Both the position numbers and the translations under genes were made by a program. Positions 1 to 12,459 of a DNA stretch of 64,000 nt are shown here, one piece after another (the first letter of the stretch is position 1; every line of letters begins with the position of its first letter). This stretch comes from Hydrolagus colliei (lineage: Eukaryota): contig CM068745.1 in assembly GCA_035084275.1 (NCBI GenBank), forward strand, positions 33,294,001-33,358,000. Reading direction: 5' to 3'. The notes under the pieces are model-generated. The model made no database searches, had not been told where the DNA came from, and saw only the letters and a list, made by a program, of their open reading frames with translations.

Positions 1-119
1 TGGCTCAGTAACTGGAAGACTGAGACTGTCAAAAAGGGCTGGCTCAATTCAGACTTTCAATGGTCAGGCATGTCACCTTGGAAACAGTTCAGCTCTGAGA
101 AAATTACCACCTCCCTGCT

Positions 120-675
120 CCCCCTCTCGGCTGGACTATTCCAATGCCCTCCTCACCAGTTTCCCCTCCAGCACAATCCATAAAATCCAACTAATTCAAA
201 ACTCTGCTGCCCGCATTCTCACCCGCACCAAACTTCACTCCCCTATTATCCCAGTCCTTGCCAGACTTCACTGGCTCCCTATCCCAGAGAGGATCGATTT
301 CAAGATCTTCACCCTTGTCTTGAAATCCCTCCACTCCTCTGCACCCCCCTACCTCTCTGATCTCCTCTCTCCTCAAACCAGCACCCATTGCCTTCGCTCC
401 ACTGGGTCTAGCCTCCTCCGTGTCCCCCGAATCCTCCACTCCACCCTCGGTGGCCGTACTTTCAGCCACTACGCCCAAAGGCTCTGGAACCCCATTCCTC
501 ACTCCCTTTGCCTCGCCCCCTCTCTCCCCAGTTTCAGGTCCCACCTAAAGACCTTTCTTTTCGACCTCACCTTTCTACACATGCCCCTGCTCGGTCCCGG
601 GATCCGTTGTTCTGAAGCGCTTTGAGACGCCGTCCGGCGTGAAGGGCGTTATATAAATCAAAGTTGTTGTTGTTG
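120..675 (+). mobile_element. L2-clade LINE 3' fragment with (GTT)n tail
   Basis: ORF2 C-terminal motifs ([43 protein letters not shown]), then gtgaagggcgttatataaatcaaagttgttgttgttg. Confidence 0.9.
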
Positions 676-2461
676 AACAGTCATCCTGACTAACAAATGG
701 ATTCTTACTTACTGGTAAGTAAACAGTGGCTTGTGGAGTAACAAACCCTGCCTAAGGTTTTGCCTTATCTGGGACAACGGTTTTCACTAATACAATATGT
801 CTACTCGCTTTGTCTCCCCAGCCCCCATTTTATTATTAGGTTGATTGTGAAGGTATGGACAACTGTCTGAAAGCCAGCTCCTAAGGCTATTTGTTCAGCC
901 AGTTAAAGCTCAAAATTCTGAAGATAGCATTGTAGATGTAATGAGATCAATCTTTGACAATGGCTTTGATGCTTTGAACAAAGTTGTGCCATTCCAGGTT
1001 ATGTGACTGTCCTCCAGTACCATGATCAAACTCAGAAAAAAGTACTGTACCATGCATGAAGCACTGCCAATATTTATTCTGGTCATAAATTACCGAAGTC
1101 TAGCACAGTAAAACATGTTCCGGAAACTGATTGAATGAAAAGCATTCTGTGAATAAAATAACCTTGATGTTATCAATGCTTGAGTTGAAATACACTAAGA
1201 CTTTGTACCCTTAATCCAACACAACCAAAAAAAGACACCAAAATATCTATGTAATGGCATTAAACAAGTTTCAGATCTAACTAATCACTTTCTCAAAAAA
1301 AAATGATTCTTGTGGTTGGATAATATTATTTGCATTCACAGGTTGCACCAACAAATGTGAAGATCAACATTTTTCATAGTCTTAGCCTGAAAACTACTAT
1401 TGTGCAATTCAATATCAAGCAGAATTTAGGAAAATTCTTACAGTCAGTCTGAAAGGAATTTTCCACAATTTGTTAATAAAGGAACCTTCCTATTTAAGAC
1501 CAAGGCCGTACGCAGGGGGGGTGCGACGGGTGCGTACGCACCCCCCCCCAAATTATAAAAGGTCCACATTTTCCGGGGTAGAGAATTGCATTTTTTTAAA
1601 TCAAATTTAAATACCAAGTAAATTTATTGAACATTTGTGCAACAATCAGTTCTTCAAAACTATGTATAAATTATAAATACACATCTTTGAATGATTTAGT
1701 ATTAATATAAAATTATCGAGTCGCACACCAGAATCGGCGTCTACCCAAAACATACCGCGTCGATAGACCAGTCCATGACGCGGCGAGTCTGTGACTCGTG
1801 ATTGGATAAACATAGGCGCGCGCCAAGACTCAAATCCATCCTCGTTTGGAAATCATCCCGTAAACAGCCACAAAGGTAGCACCAATTCTGGAGTTAAAAT
1901 CATCTTTTCATCTGATCACTGTAAGTAAAAATTACTCAAGTTTTGAGAGGTGTGACTGTAATGCTAGCAAACAATGACAACATATTTTCAAGCTTCTGAG
2001 AAATTAAAGCTTTTGAGAACCCAACAAAAAAGTTATATGTGTCTGGACGGGAATGCCTATCTTTTAAAAAAATACTCATGGACGTAGGCCTATGCTTTAG
2101 CGCCTATTCCACGTGGTGTGTCAATCGGAAATCATCCCGTATACAGTCACTACATAAAAAGGTAGCACCACTTTGTGGAAGCTGAAATCGTATTTTAATC
2201 TGATAAATGTAAGTAAAAATGACTTAAGTTTTGATAGGCGTGTTTCTGAAATATCATGTTTCTTGTTTTGTCTTGATTATCACATTTGATTTATATTATT
2301 AAAGATGTATTCCTGTAATTAAAAATAGCTTTTAGAGACGTCCACTGGCATGCAAAAAACATATGACCGCAAAGATAAACAGTGCGACTTTATTTCACAT
2401 TCAGTTTTGTACCCAGAGTGAAAAAACATCAATGTCGCACGAATTTGGCATAAAAATAGTT

Positions 2462-2877
2462 TCACCGTCATCCGATCGAGCGAACTCGGGCATTGACAAC
2501 CACACGTCTGCACTGATCCCTTCTCTCCATGCAGCCTGAACACTCCCGCCTGCCAATACCCGAATCGCGCTCCAGAGTATCGATGCAGGTTAGGGTCGGT
2601 CTACCTCGTGTTCTGTGACCGTGCAATGGTTCCCATAGGATAGTAGGACTATGGACAGTTTCCTCCCGGCTTCTCCAGCTATGTCCGCTAAACCTAAGAC
2701 GCCTCTGCAGTAATGTCTGTGATACCAGTGTGGTAGTGTACCATATAGCTATTTGTCAGATGCTGTCGCCAGTAAACGTTCAGGGCGTCTCTTAGAAGCC
2801 TGGTATATACCTCACGAGTCACCTAATCTCCTGGTCGAGGTTTGCCTAAGTGTCCAGCATTCTGCTCCGTATAGGAG
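2462..2877 (-). mobile_element. RTE/RTEX-clade non-LTR retrotransposon 3' fragment nested in the hAT element
   Basis: Frameshifted peptides LLYGAECWTL, YTRLLRDALNVYWRQHLTN, RLRFSGHSWR and ILWEPLHGHRTRGRPTLTCIDTL match the RTE ORF C-terminus pattern. Confidence 0.8.
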
Positions 2878-3003
2878 CGACTTTCAGCCCTCGCGTTAAT
2901 GCACATTCATTATAATATGGAAATAGATATTGGTAGAGCGGTTGACGTATTCGCTTCAAAGCGACCGAGGCGTCTCGAATACGGAACGCTATTAAAGAAT
3001 TAA
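2875..3003 (+). pseudogene. hAT transposase C-terminal remnant
   Basis: ERLSALALMHIHYNMEIDIGRAVDVFASKRPRRLEYGTLLKN*, typical of the end of the hATC domain in ZMYM1/P52rIPK-like transposases. Confidence 0.85.
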
Positions 3004-3082
3004 TTTCCCCTCCCTTATTTTTTCAAGTATTTTTTCGTCAGATCAGTATTGCTTGATGGGTCACTTCCTTTAATTTTGATTA

Positions 3083-3110
3083 TAAATAAATAAATAAATA
3101 AATAAATAAA
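3083..3110. repeat. (TAAA)n microsatellite
   Basis: taaataaataaataaataaataaataaa. Confidence 0.9.
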
Positions 3111-4280
3111 AACGAACTACACTATTGCTCACAGTTCAACGATATTTTCAGGATAACAGGCTTGTAACACGTGTGAATTAACTGTTTGACACTGATTTTC
3201 AGTTTCTGTATATTTTCTTGTCTTTTATAAAATTTGCTTTGCTGGAATATCTGAGCACATAATTCATACTTTACTCTTACATTATTGTTCATTACAGTCC
3301 GAAAGAAATTTAGTCTTAGGATAACAATGCAGAACAACTTATTAATTACCGTCAATCTGTAGTTTATGATCATTTTCTCTATACGCATACATTTATCAAG
3401 CATTCGTCATTGTACTGTGTTAATTGGATTGTAATTAACTTTATCGTTCGCATTCCTTACATCATCGAGTCAACAATCGTGTTTGCTTTTATCGGCGAAC
3501 ACATTCGACCTTCCCAATTAGACACGGACTACCGGGGAAAATAAAAACACTGAATAAATAATGATGCTCTTAAACACCAAGGGCATGAAACATTTACCGT
3601 TCATATTGGATCTTCTGAACCGATTAAATAAGACCTCAAACTGTGTAAAACGTTGGAGCCTCGAGGGGGCCTCGGGGGCAGCCCGCAAGCCCCCGGCCAT
3701 TGTTGGTCCCATCACTAGCAATTCGCACCCCCCCAAAAAAAATCCTGCGTACGGCCCTGAAGACAGTACTGATGAATGTTCCAAAGGTGTGTACAATCTT
3801 ACATTTGAAATGATAGCTATAAGGTTAAAGATATAAAATAATTCAAGCTTAGGGTTCACTTCCAACATGACTTAAAATTACTATTTATTTTGATAGTGAA
3901 AATGAATTGCAGTTGGCATTCAAAATACTGTTGACCTGAACTGGAGGTTACAAACCAGTGTTGGAATCTCAACAGGGAGACTCATAGTCTTGCTCTCAAC
4001 TATCAGTTCTCTTTAACTTTCCTTAAGGGTAAGTTTATTAGCCCTGGCTGGAGCTTTGGGATGTCCTTCCAAAGTGAAAGGAGCTCTATAAATGTAATTT
4101 TGTTTTGTTGTTGTTGATTTTGAATGAGAGTTGGAGCAATGAGAAGATAACATTGAAAAAAAACAATGTTTATCAGAAATAGAGTATTGATTGTCTTGTA
4201 ATTACTTTAAAATATTAATATGTATAAAATTCTATATTGCTTCTAAATTATTACTTATATTGGATTTGTACTTGACTTAC

Positions 4281-4813
4281 CCATTGGTTGTAGAATCTGT
4301 GTTACAAGCCGAATCATGAAGTTCTTGTTGTGATCTTCCATTTGCTTTGTATTCAGTAGAACTCTTTTTCTTTAGTCCTATTGCTTCCATTGACATCAAA
4401 GCTCGCTCATCCAGCTGAATTTGTCCATTTCCAAATGTCTTCTCCGTGACAGGAGTCTCAGTATCGTTTGCCTCCAGTGTTTCCCTGCTACACTCCCTAA
4501 CGTCAATATCATGGTCCTCTGAGATGTAACTACTGAAAGATTGGGTTTCTTGATAGTTATCTCTCTTTGATGAGTAGATTCCAGGATGATTTTCAACAAT
4601 CATGTCTGAGTTGCTGGGCTTTTCAGCTCTGGATGGACTTTGAGGTTGATCTGTTTTGAATTTTGGTGTCCAAGTGAAGAAATTTCCGATTTGCTGGTCA
4701 TATCTATCCTCAGCTGGATGTAACGTATCCAACGATCCCGATGGAAATAACGTAATGTTATCATCAGCAGTTATTTTTGTTTGTACTGGTGCTTTCTCTT
4801 GATCCACAGTCCC
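4281..4813 (-). CDS. CRYBG3: Probable CRYBG3 coding exon 3 (533 nt); the gene continues beyond the left edge of the window
   Basis: ttttcag|GGG ACT GTG GAT CAA...ACC AAT GG|gtaagt; 177 open codons of S/T/D/E-rich sequence; QQIGNFF resembles mammalian QFLGNLF. The exon itself is well supported; the gene name rests mostly on synteny. Confidence 0.65.
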
Positions 4814-4936
4814 CTGAAAATCCCCAAGTAAGAGAATATAACTATTCTTTAAATAAAATAATTATAATGATTTGTATAGTCAGTGTTTAAGCGCCAATTA
4901 CTAATTAATTACAAGGGAAAGCAAAATGTATATTAC

Positions 4937-5036
4937 CTTTGCAAAGACTGCAAACATATTTGCAGGATGTATAGAATGCTGTTTCTTCCTCTTTCCGTCA
5001 TCATAAGTGGCTGTGGTAGGTGTCTTGCCCTCAGGA
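4937..5036 (-). CDS. CRYBG3: Probable CRYBG3 coding exon 2 (100 nt)
   Basis: tttctag|T CCT GAG GGC AAG...TTT GCA AAG|gtaat; phase 2 in, phase 0 out, in frame with both neighbouring exons. Confidence 0.6.
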
Positions 5037-6159
5037 CTAGAAATTATCATAAAAAAACATAAAATGCTTGAAATACAAGGTAAATATTGCAACAAAGCAC
5101 CTGAAACAAAGCTATTTAAAGCATTGACATTTTTTAAAGAGGTGATATGTGCACCACCAACAACAACTACTTGCATTGATATAGCAGCCTTCTTGCAGGG
5201 CGGCATCTTCAAACTCTTAAACACAGTATATAAAAATTACAGGACATTAAAATTACCGTAGATGGATTATTGCCTGTTCATGGTGAGTCAGCAGGTAACA
5301 TTCAGTGTTTTATATAGATCACCTGCTACCATTGATTTTATTATATACAGTAGTTATACAATTTTAAAGTCAAATTTACCATACAAACTAAAGATCAATA
5401 GTTATGCTTAAGCAGTGGATACCCATTGCACAATTATTCCTCCTTTAAGAATATTGTCTGCCTGAAAGTGTATCCAGTGGTAGATCCCTTGAGCTAATCA
5501 CTTTGATACATACCGGTAGGTACATTTGATTTTACATCTATAATGCACCATATGTAGTTGTAGTGAATTGTGCTATGAAATATGCATGTTAATTACTGCT
5601 TGCTTATTTAATATGTAACGTGTTTCAAAAATAAATTAAATTTGTGTCCTCTAGATTGCTCTTGTAGTTGAAGTCAATTGCCTGATTTCTTCAACATGAT
5701 TGTTAGTTCAGAACTCAAGTCAGTTAGAACTGAAGAGGTCAGGAACCATTTCTTCACACAGTTCCTTTTCGATCATACTTTTGGTCATCTTCCCTCCTCC
5801 ATCTCCCTTGCCCTCCATCCCTCTCTGATCCTCGACTCACAGCTTGGGTGCAAATCCCTCATTGTTTAGCACCTTGGGACATCTTCCTGACTTGAGAGGC
5901 GCGATACAAATGCAATTAGTTGTGGTTGTTGAATAACAACAACATTTCACGTGGAATGCCCTGCTATTTTTATGTTCGCTCTAGGGAATAAAATGTGCAT
6001 TTGCTTTTAAGTTTCTATACAAATTGTAACTACCAGGTTATTTGCTCAAAAAATCACAGCTTCACCAATGAAAGCCGTTCTGCAGCAGCAGCAGCACAAT
6101 TAACACAATGACTTCCAGTTTGCAAATGCTGCATTTTAGATACCCCTACCCAACCCCTA

Positions 6160-6697
6160 CCCCCCCCCACTTTTGACCTTTTCTTGGTGAAAAAAAACGG
6201 AAGCATTTTCAATGATATTGCCGGCAGAAGGGAGGAGAGACAGGAGAGACAGGAAGGTAGGGAGAGAGAGAGGCAGGCAGCCAGGGAGGGAGAGAGAGAG
6301 AGGGGGAGGGAGGCAGGCAGGCAGCCAGGGAGAGAAAGAGGGAGAGAGGCAGGCAGGCAGCCAGGCAGGGAGGGAGGGAGAGGCAGGCAGGCAGGGAGAG
6401 AGAGCGGCAGGGAGTGAGGCAGGCAGACTGGGTTTGGCAGAAGGCAGGCAGCAAGCACAGCACTGAAGTCCGCTGCTGTTGCCGCTGCCCGGGCGGCTGA
6501 GGCCGAAGCCCCGTCACCCGCTCCCCCCAACCCCCCCGGACACTGACCATACCCCGGCTGACAGCGCGCCGGCCGCCCCTCCTGTTTACTGTATTTCCGA
6601 GGCTCAAAATTTCTTGTACCTGCGTATAGGGCGCACCCCCAACTTTCGAGATCTTCCGACGTGCAAAAAAGTGCGCCTTATACGCGGAGATATACGG
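6160..6697. mobile_element. Tc1/mariner (pogo-like) non-autonomous element remnant with internal GA/GGCA-rich simple repeats; only one terminus found
   Basis: Right end ...GTGCGCCTTATACGCGGAGATATACGG|TA is a CCGTATA-type TIR followed by TA; internal (AGGC)n/(GA)n tract at 6225-6450. Confidence 0.6.
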
Positions 6698-6929
6698 TAG
6701 GTATCTTACTTGTGAGGTGAGTGCTCTAACCCTTGAGCTACAGGACTCCTGTCTCAAAGTGCCCACACAGTATATACTATAAAGTGGTTTGACTGTATTT
6801 TCAAGGTGAAACATGGCAGTCGAATTGCACACAACAATGTCCCACAAACAGCAACGGAATGAGTGACTAATTTTTTAATTGGAGGATTGTTGTCCAAGAC
6901 ACTAGGAAAAACTCGTTTCTCTTGTTGAT

Positions 6930-7250
6930 AACAGCAACAACTTGGATTTATATAGTGCCCTCCATGACAGATGGCATCTCAGAGCGCTTCACATTAATGG
7001 ATCCCTGGGCCGGGGGAAGGGGAAAAGGTGACCAACAGCAACAACAACAACAACTTCGATTTATATAGCGCCCTCCATGCCAGAAGGCGTCTCAGAGCGC
7101 TTCAAGGCGCGGTTGAAAAGAAAGGTCCTTAGCCGTGAGTTCCAGAGCCTTGAGGCGTAGTGGCTGAAGACACGGCTGCCGATGGTGGAACGGAGGATTC
7201 GGGGAATATGGAGGAGGCCAGACCTGGTAGAGTGAAGGCAACGGGTATTA
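6930..7250 (-). mobile_element. Two tandem L2 LINE 3' end fragments
   Basis: (CAA)n tails at ~6930 and ~7035; IGSRVFSHYASRLWNS peptide. Confidence 0.8.
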
Positions 7251-7330
7251 TAGTGCCAATGGATCTGTAATGTTAAGTTGAACGGGTAGAGGGGACCTCG
7301 GTTTAACGTTTCATCTGAAGGAGGGGGCTC
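7250..7330 (-). mobile_element. Deu-domain SINE fragment (SacSINE1/AmnSINE-like)
   Basis: Reverse complement reads cagatgaaacgttaaaccgaggtcccctctacccgttcaac...agatccattggcacta, matching the Deu-domain core from memory. Confidence 0.6.
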
Positions 7331-9119
7331 TGATTCAGCATAAAACATTTGCATATTTAAAGACTTTTGTGGGGTGGTAGGTGTAGGAAGCCAATCACTG
7401 GGGAGCTTGGGCAACCATTCACAGGAGCATTTGCTGAAATTTCCTGATTTCCTGTACAACAAGTCCATACTATGACTAACCAAATAATTTTCCTTCTCAG
7501 CCTTTGCGAATAGTCTCTTCATAATTTGTACACGTATTTATTGTTTCTTGTTTTAATATGTAACAGCTTGCCATCATCTGCGTTAAAATGTATCTGCCAC
7601 TCCTTAACCCATCTGCTGAATAGTTCTCATTCCCTGAATGCTGTTTATGTTCCTCCTTACCCACATAGCTTGGTGCCAGCAACACATGTTAGAAATGTTT
7701 TTAAACACTTTGAGCAGTTACCATGGTGAGAAATGTAAAACTGGTTCTTATCAAACCACGTTGTTGTTCTTTGCACAATCTGTACACCACAAAACAGAAA
7801 CCAGGGATCACAGATATCAGGAATCAATTAAATTTCACACTATTGTTTTAGTGTCAGTTTTTGTATTGGGTTTGGGTCCTCAGTAGCCCTCCAATTTTTA
7901 TGGAGGGCAAGTGCCAAACAATGACATATCTGAAGGTTTCAAACACTATCAAGATAATGATAGGTCACTTGGTTTCCCAATCCCAAAGAATGAAACTGGG
8001 TGTGCCTGCTTTGTTCAGGTCTTTGATAGTTAAAATCCCCACCGATGCAAAAAAAATCCTATTGCAGTTTTGTTTTTGCTCATTGAATAATAGCAACAAA
8101 AACTTGTATTTGTATAGCACCATTCACGTAGGATAACATCTTGAAATACTTCACAGAGGTACGATTAGATGAAGATCAGGGGAAAAGGGGGAGTGGGAAG
8201 TAGCAATAAGTGCATTCGAAGAAGAAGGTTATCAAGCGAATTATAAAGATTTGTAGAGAGGGAACAAGATGGAGGATGGAGGCAGAGAGTTCCAGTGGCG
8301 ATGGACATAAAAGGGATGACCACTGAAGGTGGCATGAGAGTGTGGGCTTGTGTTAGCTGAGCGTAAGGACAGTGGTGTACAAGCTAATCAGAGATAGTGA
8401 AATGGGTGGAGGGTTTCATATGTGAGTAGCACTTCAAGAATGCAGCCTTGCCAGATGGAGATCTGCATTCCCCAGGGCATCACAGTGAGTCAACTCAAAA
8501 AGACAATAGAAAAGAAGCTGTGAATAAATATAATAGCTTGAAAATTTCAAAGAAACATGTCTTAATATATTTACGTCACGTAGGATTCCAGCCAATCTGC
8601 ACACATTCTTTGTCTTGGAGGCCCTCCAACTCTTTCCTTCTCTCCTCTCTTCCAAAGTGCATCTCAAAACATAAATCTTTCACTGCGTTTTCAGAATATT
8701 TTCATTCCCAACCCTCTCCGCTGCCACCCGCAGCTCGGATGCCTATTTTAGCACTGTGAAGTGCTTTGACACGTCTTTCTGACGTGAAAGGACAAATATA
8801 AATATAAAATGAATGTATTATACTGTACTTCAATAGGGAATAAGTTTATTTGAATGAGAGAGATGACATGGTGGGAACTCAATCTCTGTGTTTCTTGCTG
8901 TCTGGGTGCTCAGAACAGTGCTGTAAACAAAGCAGCACTGCAATGAAGGTGCTGTAACCGAGTTCCTCTGAACTAAGGTAGAATAATTTAAAGAGAAAGT
9001 ACAATCTCTAGACTTTATGTCCCCTTTACAACAGGTACTAGGGTAGAAAGACTATTGTATATATAACACCTGATTTATAATATCATTCCGATATGTCACA
9101 TTAAAATAATAAGGAAGGA

Positions 9120-10095
9120 AAACAACAACAAGTTGCATGTTTATAGTGTCTTTCATGTGAGTGGATGTCTCAAGGTACTGAACAATGAAGGGTTTGCACC
9201 TGAGCTGTGGGTTGGGATCAATGAGGGAAAGGGGGTTGGAGGAGGGCAGATGATCGAAAAAGAAGATCCTGAGATGGGTCTTGAAGGAAGCAAGGGAGGG
9301 GGAGAGGGGTTCAGGGATGGTATTCCGGCAGTTGGGGCAGAAAGTTTGAAGGTGTGACCACTAAGAGTGGAGCAGGTAGTCAGGGCAAGTGCCTACAGAG
9401 CAGAGGAGCAGGTTGGTGATTTTAATAGGTTGCAGAGATATGGAGGAGCAAGACCATGCAGTCTGTAAAGATGAGGACTAGGATCTTCAACTCAATCCTT
9501 TGAGCAGTGGGGAGCCAGTGAATCCTGGCAAGGATATGGGTGATTGGCTCATGAAGCTTAGTGTGGGAGAGAACATGAGCTGCACAGATCTGAATAACCT
9601 GCAGCTTGTGGAAGGAAGAATTGGGAAGTCTGGCAAGCAGGGAGTTAGCATAATCAAGCTTGAAAGCAACAAAAGCTTGCATGAGGGTTTCAGTAGCCTG
9701 AGTGGAGAGATAGCAGTGGGCGATGTTGTGAAGGTAGAGAAAGGCAGGATGGTTAATGGCAGAGATATGGGGTTTGAAAAACAGTTGTTGGAGAAACAAG
9801 GCATCAAATTAGCCTGGTGGATGTAGTATGCACCCATGAATAATGATGCTATCCGTGCCTGAGGTGTGGAGGCGCTGACTGGAGCCAGGCAGAAGGGCCA
9901 TGGTCTTAACAATATTTCACTGCTGATTCTCACCCAAAATTTGATGACTGACAGACATTCTGTCAGGACAGCAGTGGTCCTGGAGTCAAGGGTGAGATAG
10001 AGTTGGGTATCATCCGTATACATGTGGAAGTTGACCCATATGGATGATATCCCCAAGATGGAGCATGTAAATATTAAAAAGGAGAGAACCTAGAA
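9120..10095 (-). mobile_element. Decayed L2 LINE 3' fragment
   Basis: [45 protein letters not shown]; (CAA)n tail at 9120. Confidence 0.9.
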
Positions 10096-10918
10096 CAGAG
10101 ACGTGGGGCTGTCCTCTGTCTACCTAAGAAGGTTTCTACTGATCATATTTAAAGGATTTATTTTCATGTTTGTATGCTTGATTCACCTATATTTACTTAG
10201 AAATACAGTAAATTCAATAGAATTGTACGTTTATAATGCCACATTATTTATAATTTAACAGCTTTTGGATTTATCTTTAAGAGCACTGATTTATCTTTAA
10301 GCAGTAATTGCAAGTAATTCCATATTTATTTTTCAGATTACATTCAAACTTCAGTACAGGTAACACTGATCAGTACCCATTTAATACGAATATCTCTGTC
10401 CTGTGCCTGAGTGGCATGACACCAACAAAAACAAATGATTGATGCTGTTTTAGTTTAAATGAATACCTGTACAAGTAGACCTTGTTTAACATCGTAGTTT
10501 GGTTCTTGAAAAGTGCGACTTTACGCAAAAAAACATTAAGCAAATACATTTTTCCCATAAGAATGAATGTAAAAACTGGAGTTAGGTTCTTTTGGACATT
10601 TTTCGTCAACATTTTCTAAAATAAAACCATAATACTCATTCCCTGACTGCCTGCCCGGCTCACTCACTCGCTCCCTGACCGCCTGCCGGTCTCACTCGCT
10701 GCCAGCCTGGCTGGTCTCACTCACTGCTGATCTCTCTCGCTGCCGGCCAGGCTCACTCCCAGGTCCTAGCGCCGTCGAGACCGCTTTCCACCCGTGTGCA
10801 CAACGTAATAGCGAACATCGCAACGTTAACTGAATATACGTTCCCAATGTATCAGCAACGTAATAACAAAATAACATTAAGTGAGGCAACATTATGCGGT
10901 GTACACCTGCACTTTTAC

Positions 10919-11037
10919 CTTTGTAACTTGGAAGTTTCCTGGACTGGTTCATCTGCTTCAGGAGACGGGTTCGGTAAAAATAAATTAGTAAAATGTTTGA
11001 TGAAATTCCCCGACAGAGAATTTTGTTTCTTTAACAT
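10919..11037 (-). CDS. CRYBG3: Probable CRYBG3 (very large A-kinase anchor protein) first coding exon
   Basis: ATG TTA AAG...MLKKQNSLSGNFIKHFTNLFLPNPSPEADEPVQETSKLQ ending AG|gtaaaa (phase 2). It lies directly downstream of ARL6 on the same strand, as in vertebrate synteny; FTNLFLPNPSP weakly resembles the mammalian FSRFFAPRSPS. Confidence 0.55.
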
Positions 11038-12459
11038 ATTCAGCGTTCTCTGCAGCCAGAACTAGAGTGCCTTCTCCCCCTGTGTAATTGCAATGAGTGA
11101 GGCTGAGCATTTGGGAGGCTCAGCTGGTCAAACTTGTCTTGCAAGCTTCGTCGTTAACACCAACCACAGTATTACGCAAGTCAAATATTTTAGGAGTTTC
11201 TACACCTCTGAAGTTAGATTTTTTTTAAGGTTTCCATCTTAGCAATGCAGGGGGAGGGAAAATGATACCAACTACTGTATGTTAGTATTGTCTTTTATTT
11301 CAATGTTTATTTGGAGCCAACTTTCACAAGATAATATCACTCAGTGATTCACAATCTGTTGCATGTCTTTAGATTACCAATGATAAGATGGTCTTGTGTG
11401 AAGGATGCTATATAAAAAGTTATAGCTGAGTGAACTGAAATGTACACTGACCTGATTACGTGCTTAATAAATTGTTACTTCTGATGGAATTTACTTCTAA
11501 GTCATAATAATCCTTGCATTGATATAGCTCCATATCATGACTCTGAGACATCTCAAAGTGCTACACAGGATGTATGGACTTGAGGGCCCATAGACTTTTT
11601 TCAAATTTTAATTGCCTTCAATTAAGGGGAAAGTTGCGATTAATAGTGTACCTTCTTATCTTTTAAAAAGAATCATAGGTGGCATTATATAGCAGTAATT
11701 TTTCAAATCTAACACCCCAATAAGTATGTTACTGACTGATAAAGGATGATCGTTGTGAAGACATGATCACATTTTACAAAAGTAAGCATGACTGCCTCAA
11801 AACCTCCATCAGCAGATAAGCTTATGGTCAATGCATGGATTAAACTAGAGGAAAGTATTGATTAGACTCAAGCTTTCAAGCTGTGTGGACTGTTCCAGAT
11901 TTGTCACCATGGAAGGTAGTATAGTAATGGCATTACTATCAACCAATACATATAAAAGCACTGTTATAAAAATATCTCAAAATGCTTCACGGGGAATTCT
12001 ATAACAAGTATTGTATTTTGATTGTGTATTTCTATTAATGTATCTTTCTCTTTCAGATATTGAACAGCCTGCTGTACATTCTCAGCAGTTTCTGTTTGTT
12101 TTCTGTACAATTCTCTACTGTTGGTCACTGCAGTGTCATTTTGCAATACTGATCATTCTCGTATTGCACTTCAGGTTCTTGCAGGATAAAGTATACACAA
12201 CACACCTACAGTATTTTTAAACTTTGATGAAGTAATTCTGGAAATATTTAGCTTCCTGGTGACGATTTTGTATATGTACACAAAGTGAAACAGGCATGAG
12301 TAATGTAGCAATATGGAGGTTGCCACGTAAAAGTTTGATACTGGATTGATAAAATTGTATATTTTACTACTGTATATAGGTAGTAGTCACAAGAACAAAT
12401 CAATTAAGTAAAATAATGCTGACTTTGCTCCTTATCGATACCAATCATTGATACATTTG

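Larger units (their letters stand above)
1501..3759 (+). mobile_element. Non-autonomous hAT-like DNA transposon with 16-bp TIRs and a 5-bp TSD (hAT5-like)
   Basis: Left end CAAGGCCGTACGCAGG, right end CCTGCGTACGGCCCTG (1 mismatch); AAGAC on both flanks; internal transposase C-terminal remnant. Confidence 0.85.

Noticed and set aside
6054-6847. Overlapping 70-212-aa ORFs
   Set aside because: Products of the AGGC/GA simple-repeat interior of a DNA transposon remnant.
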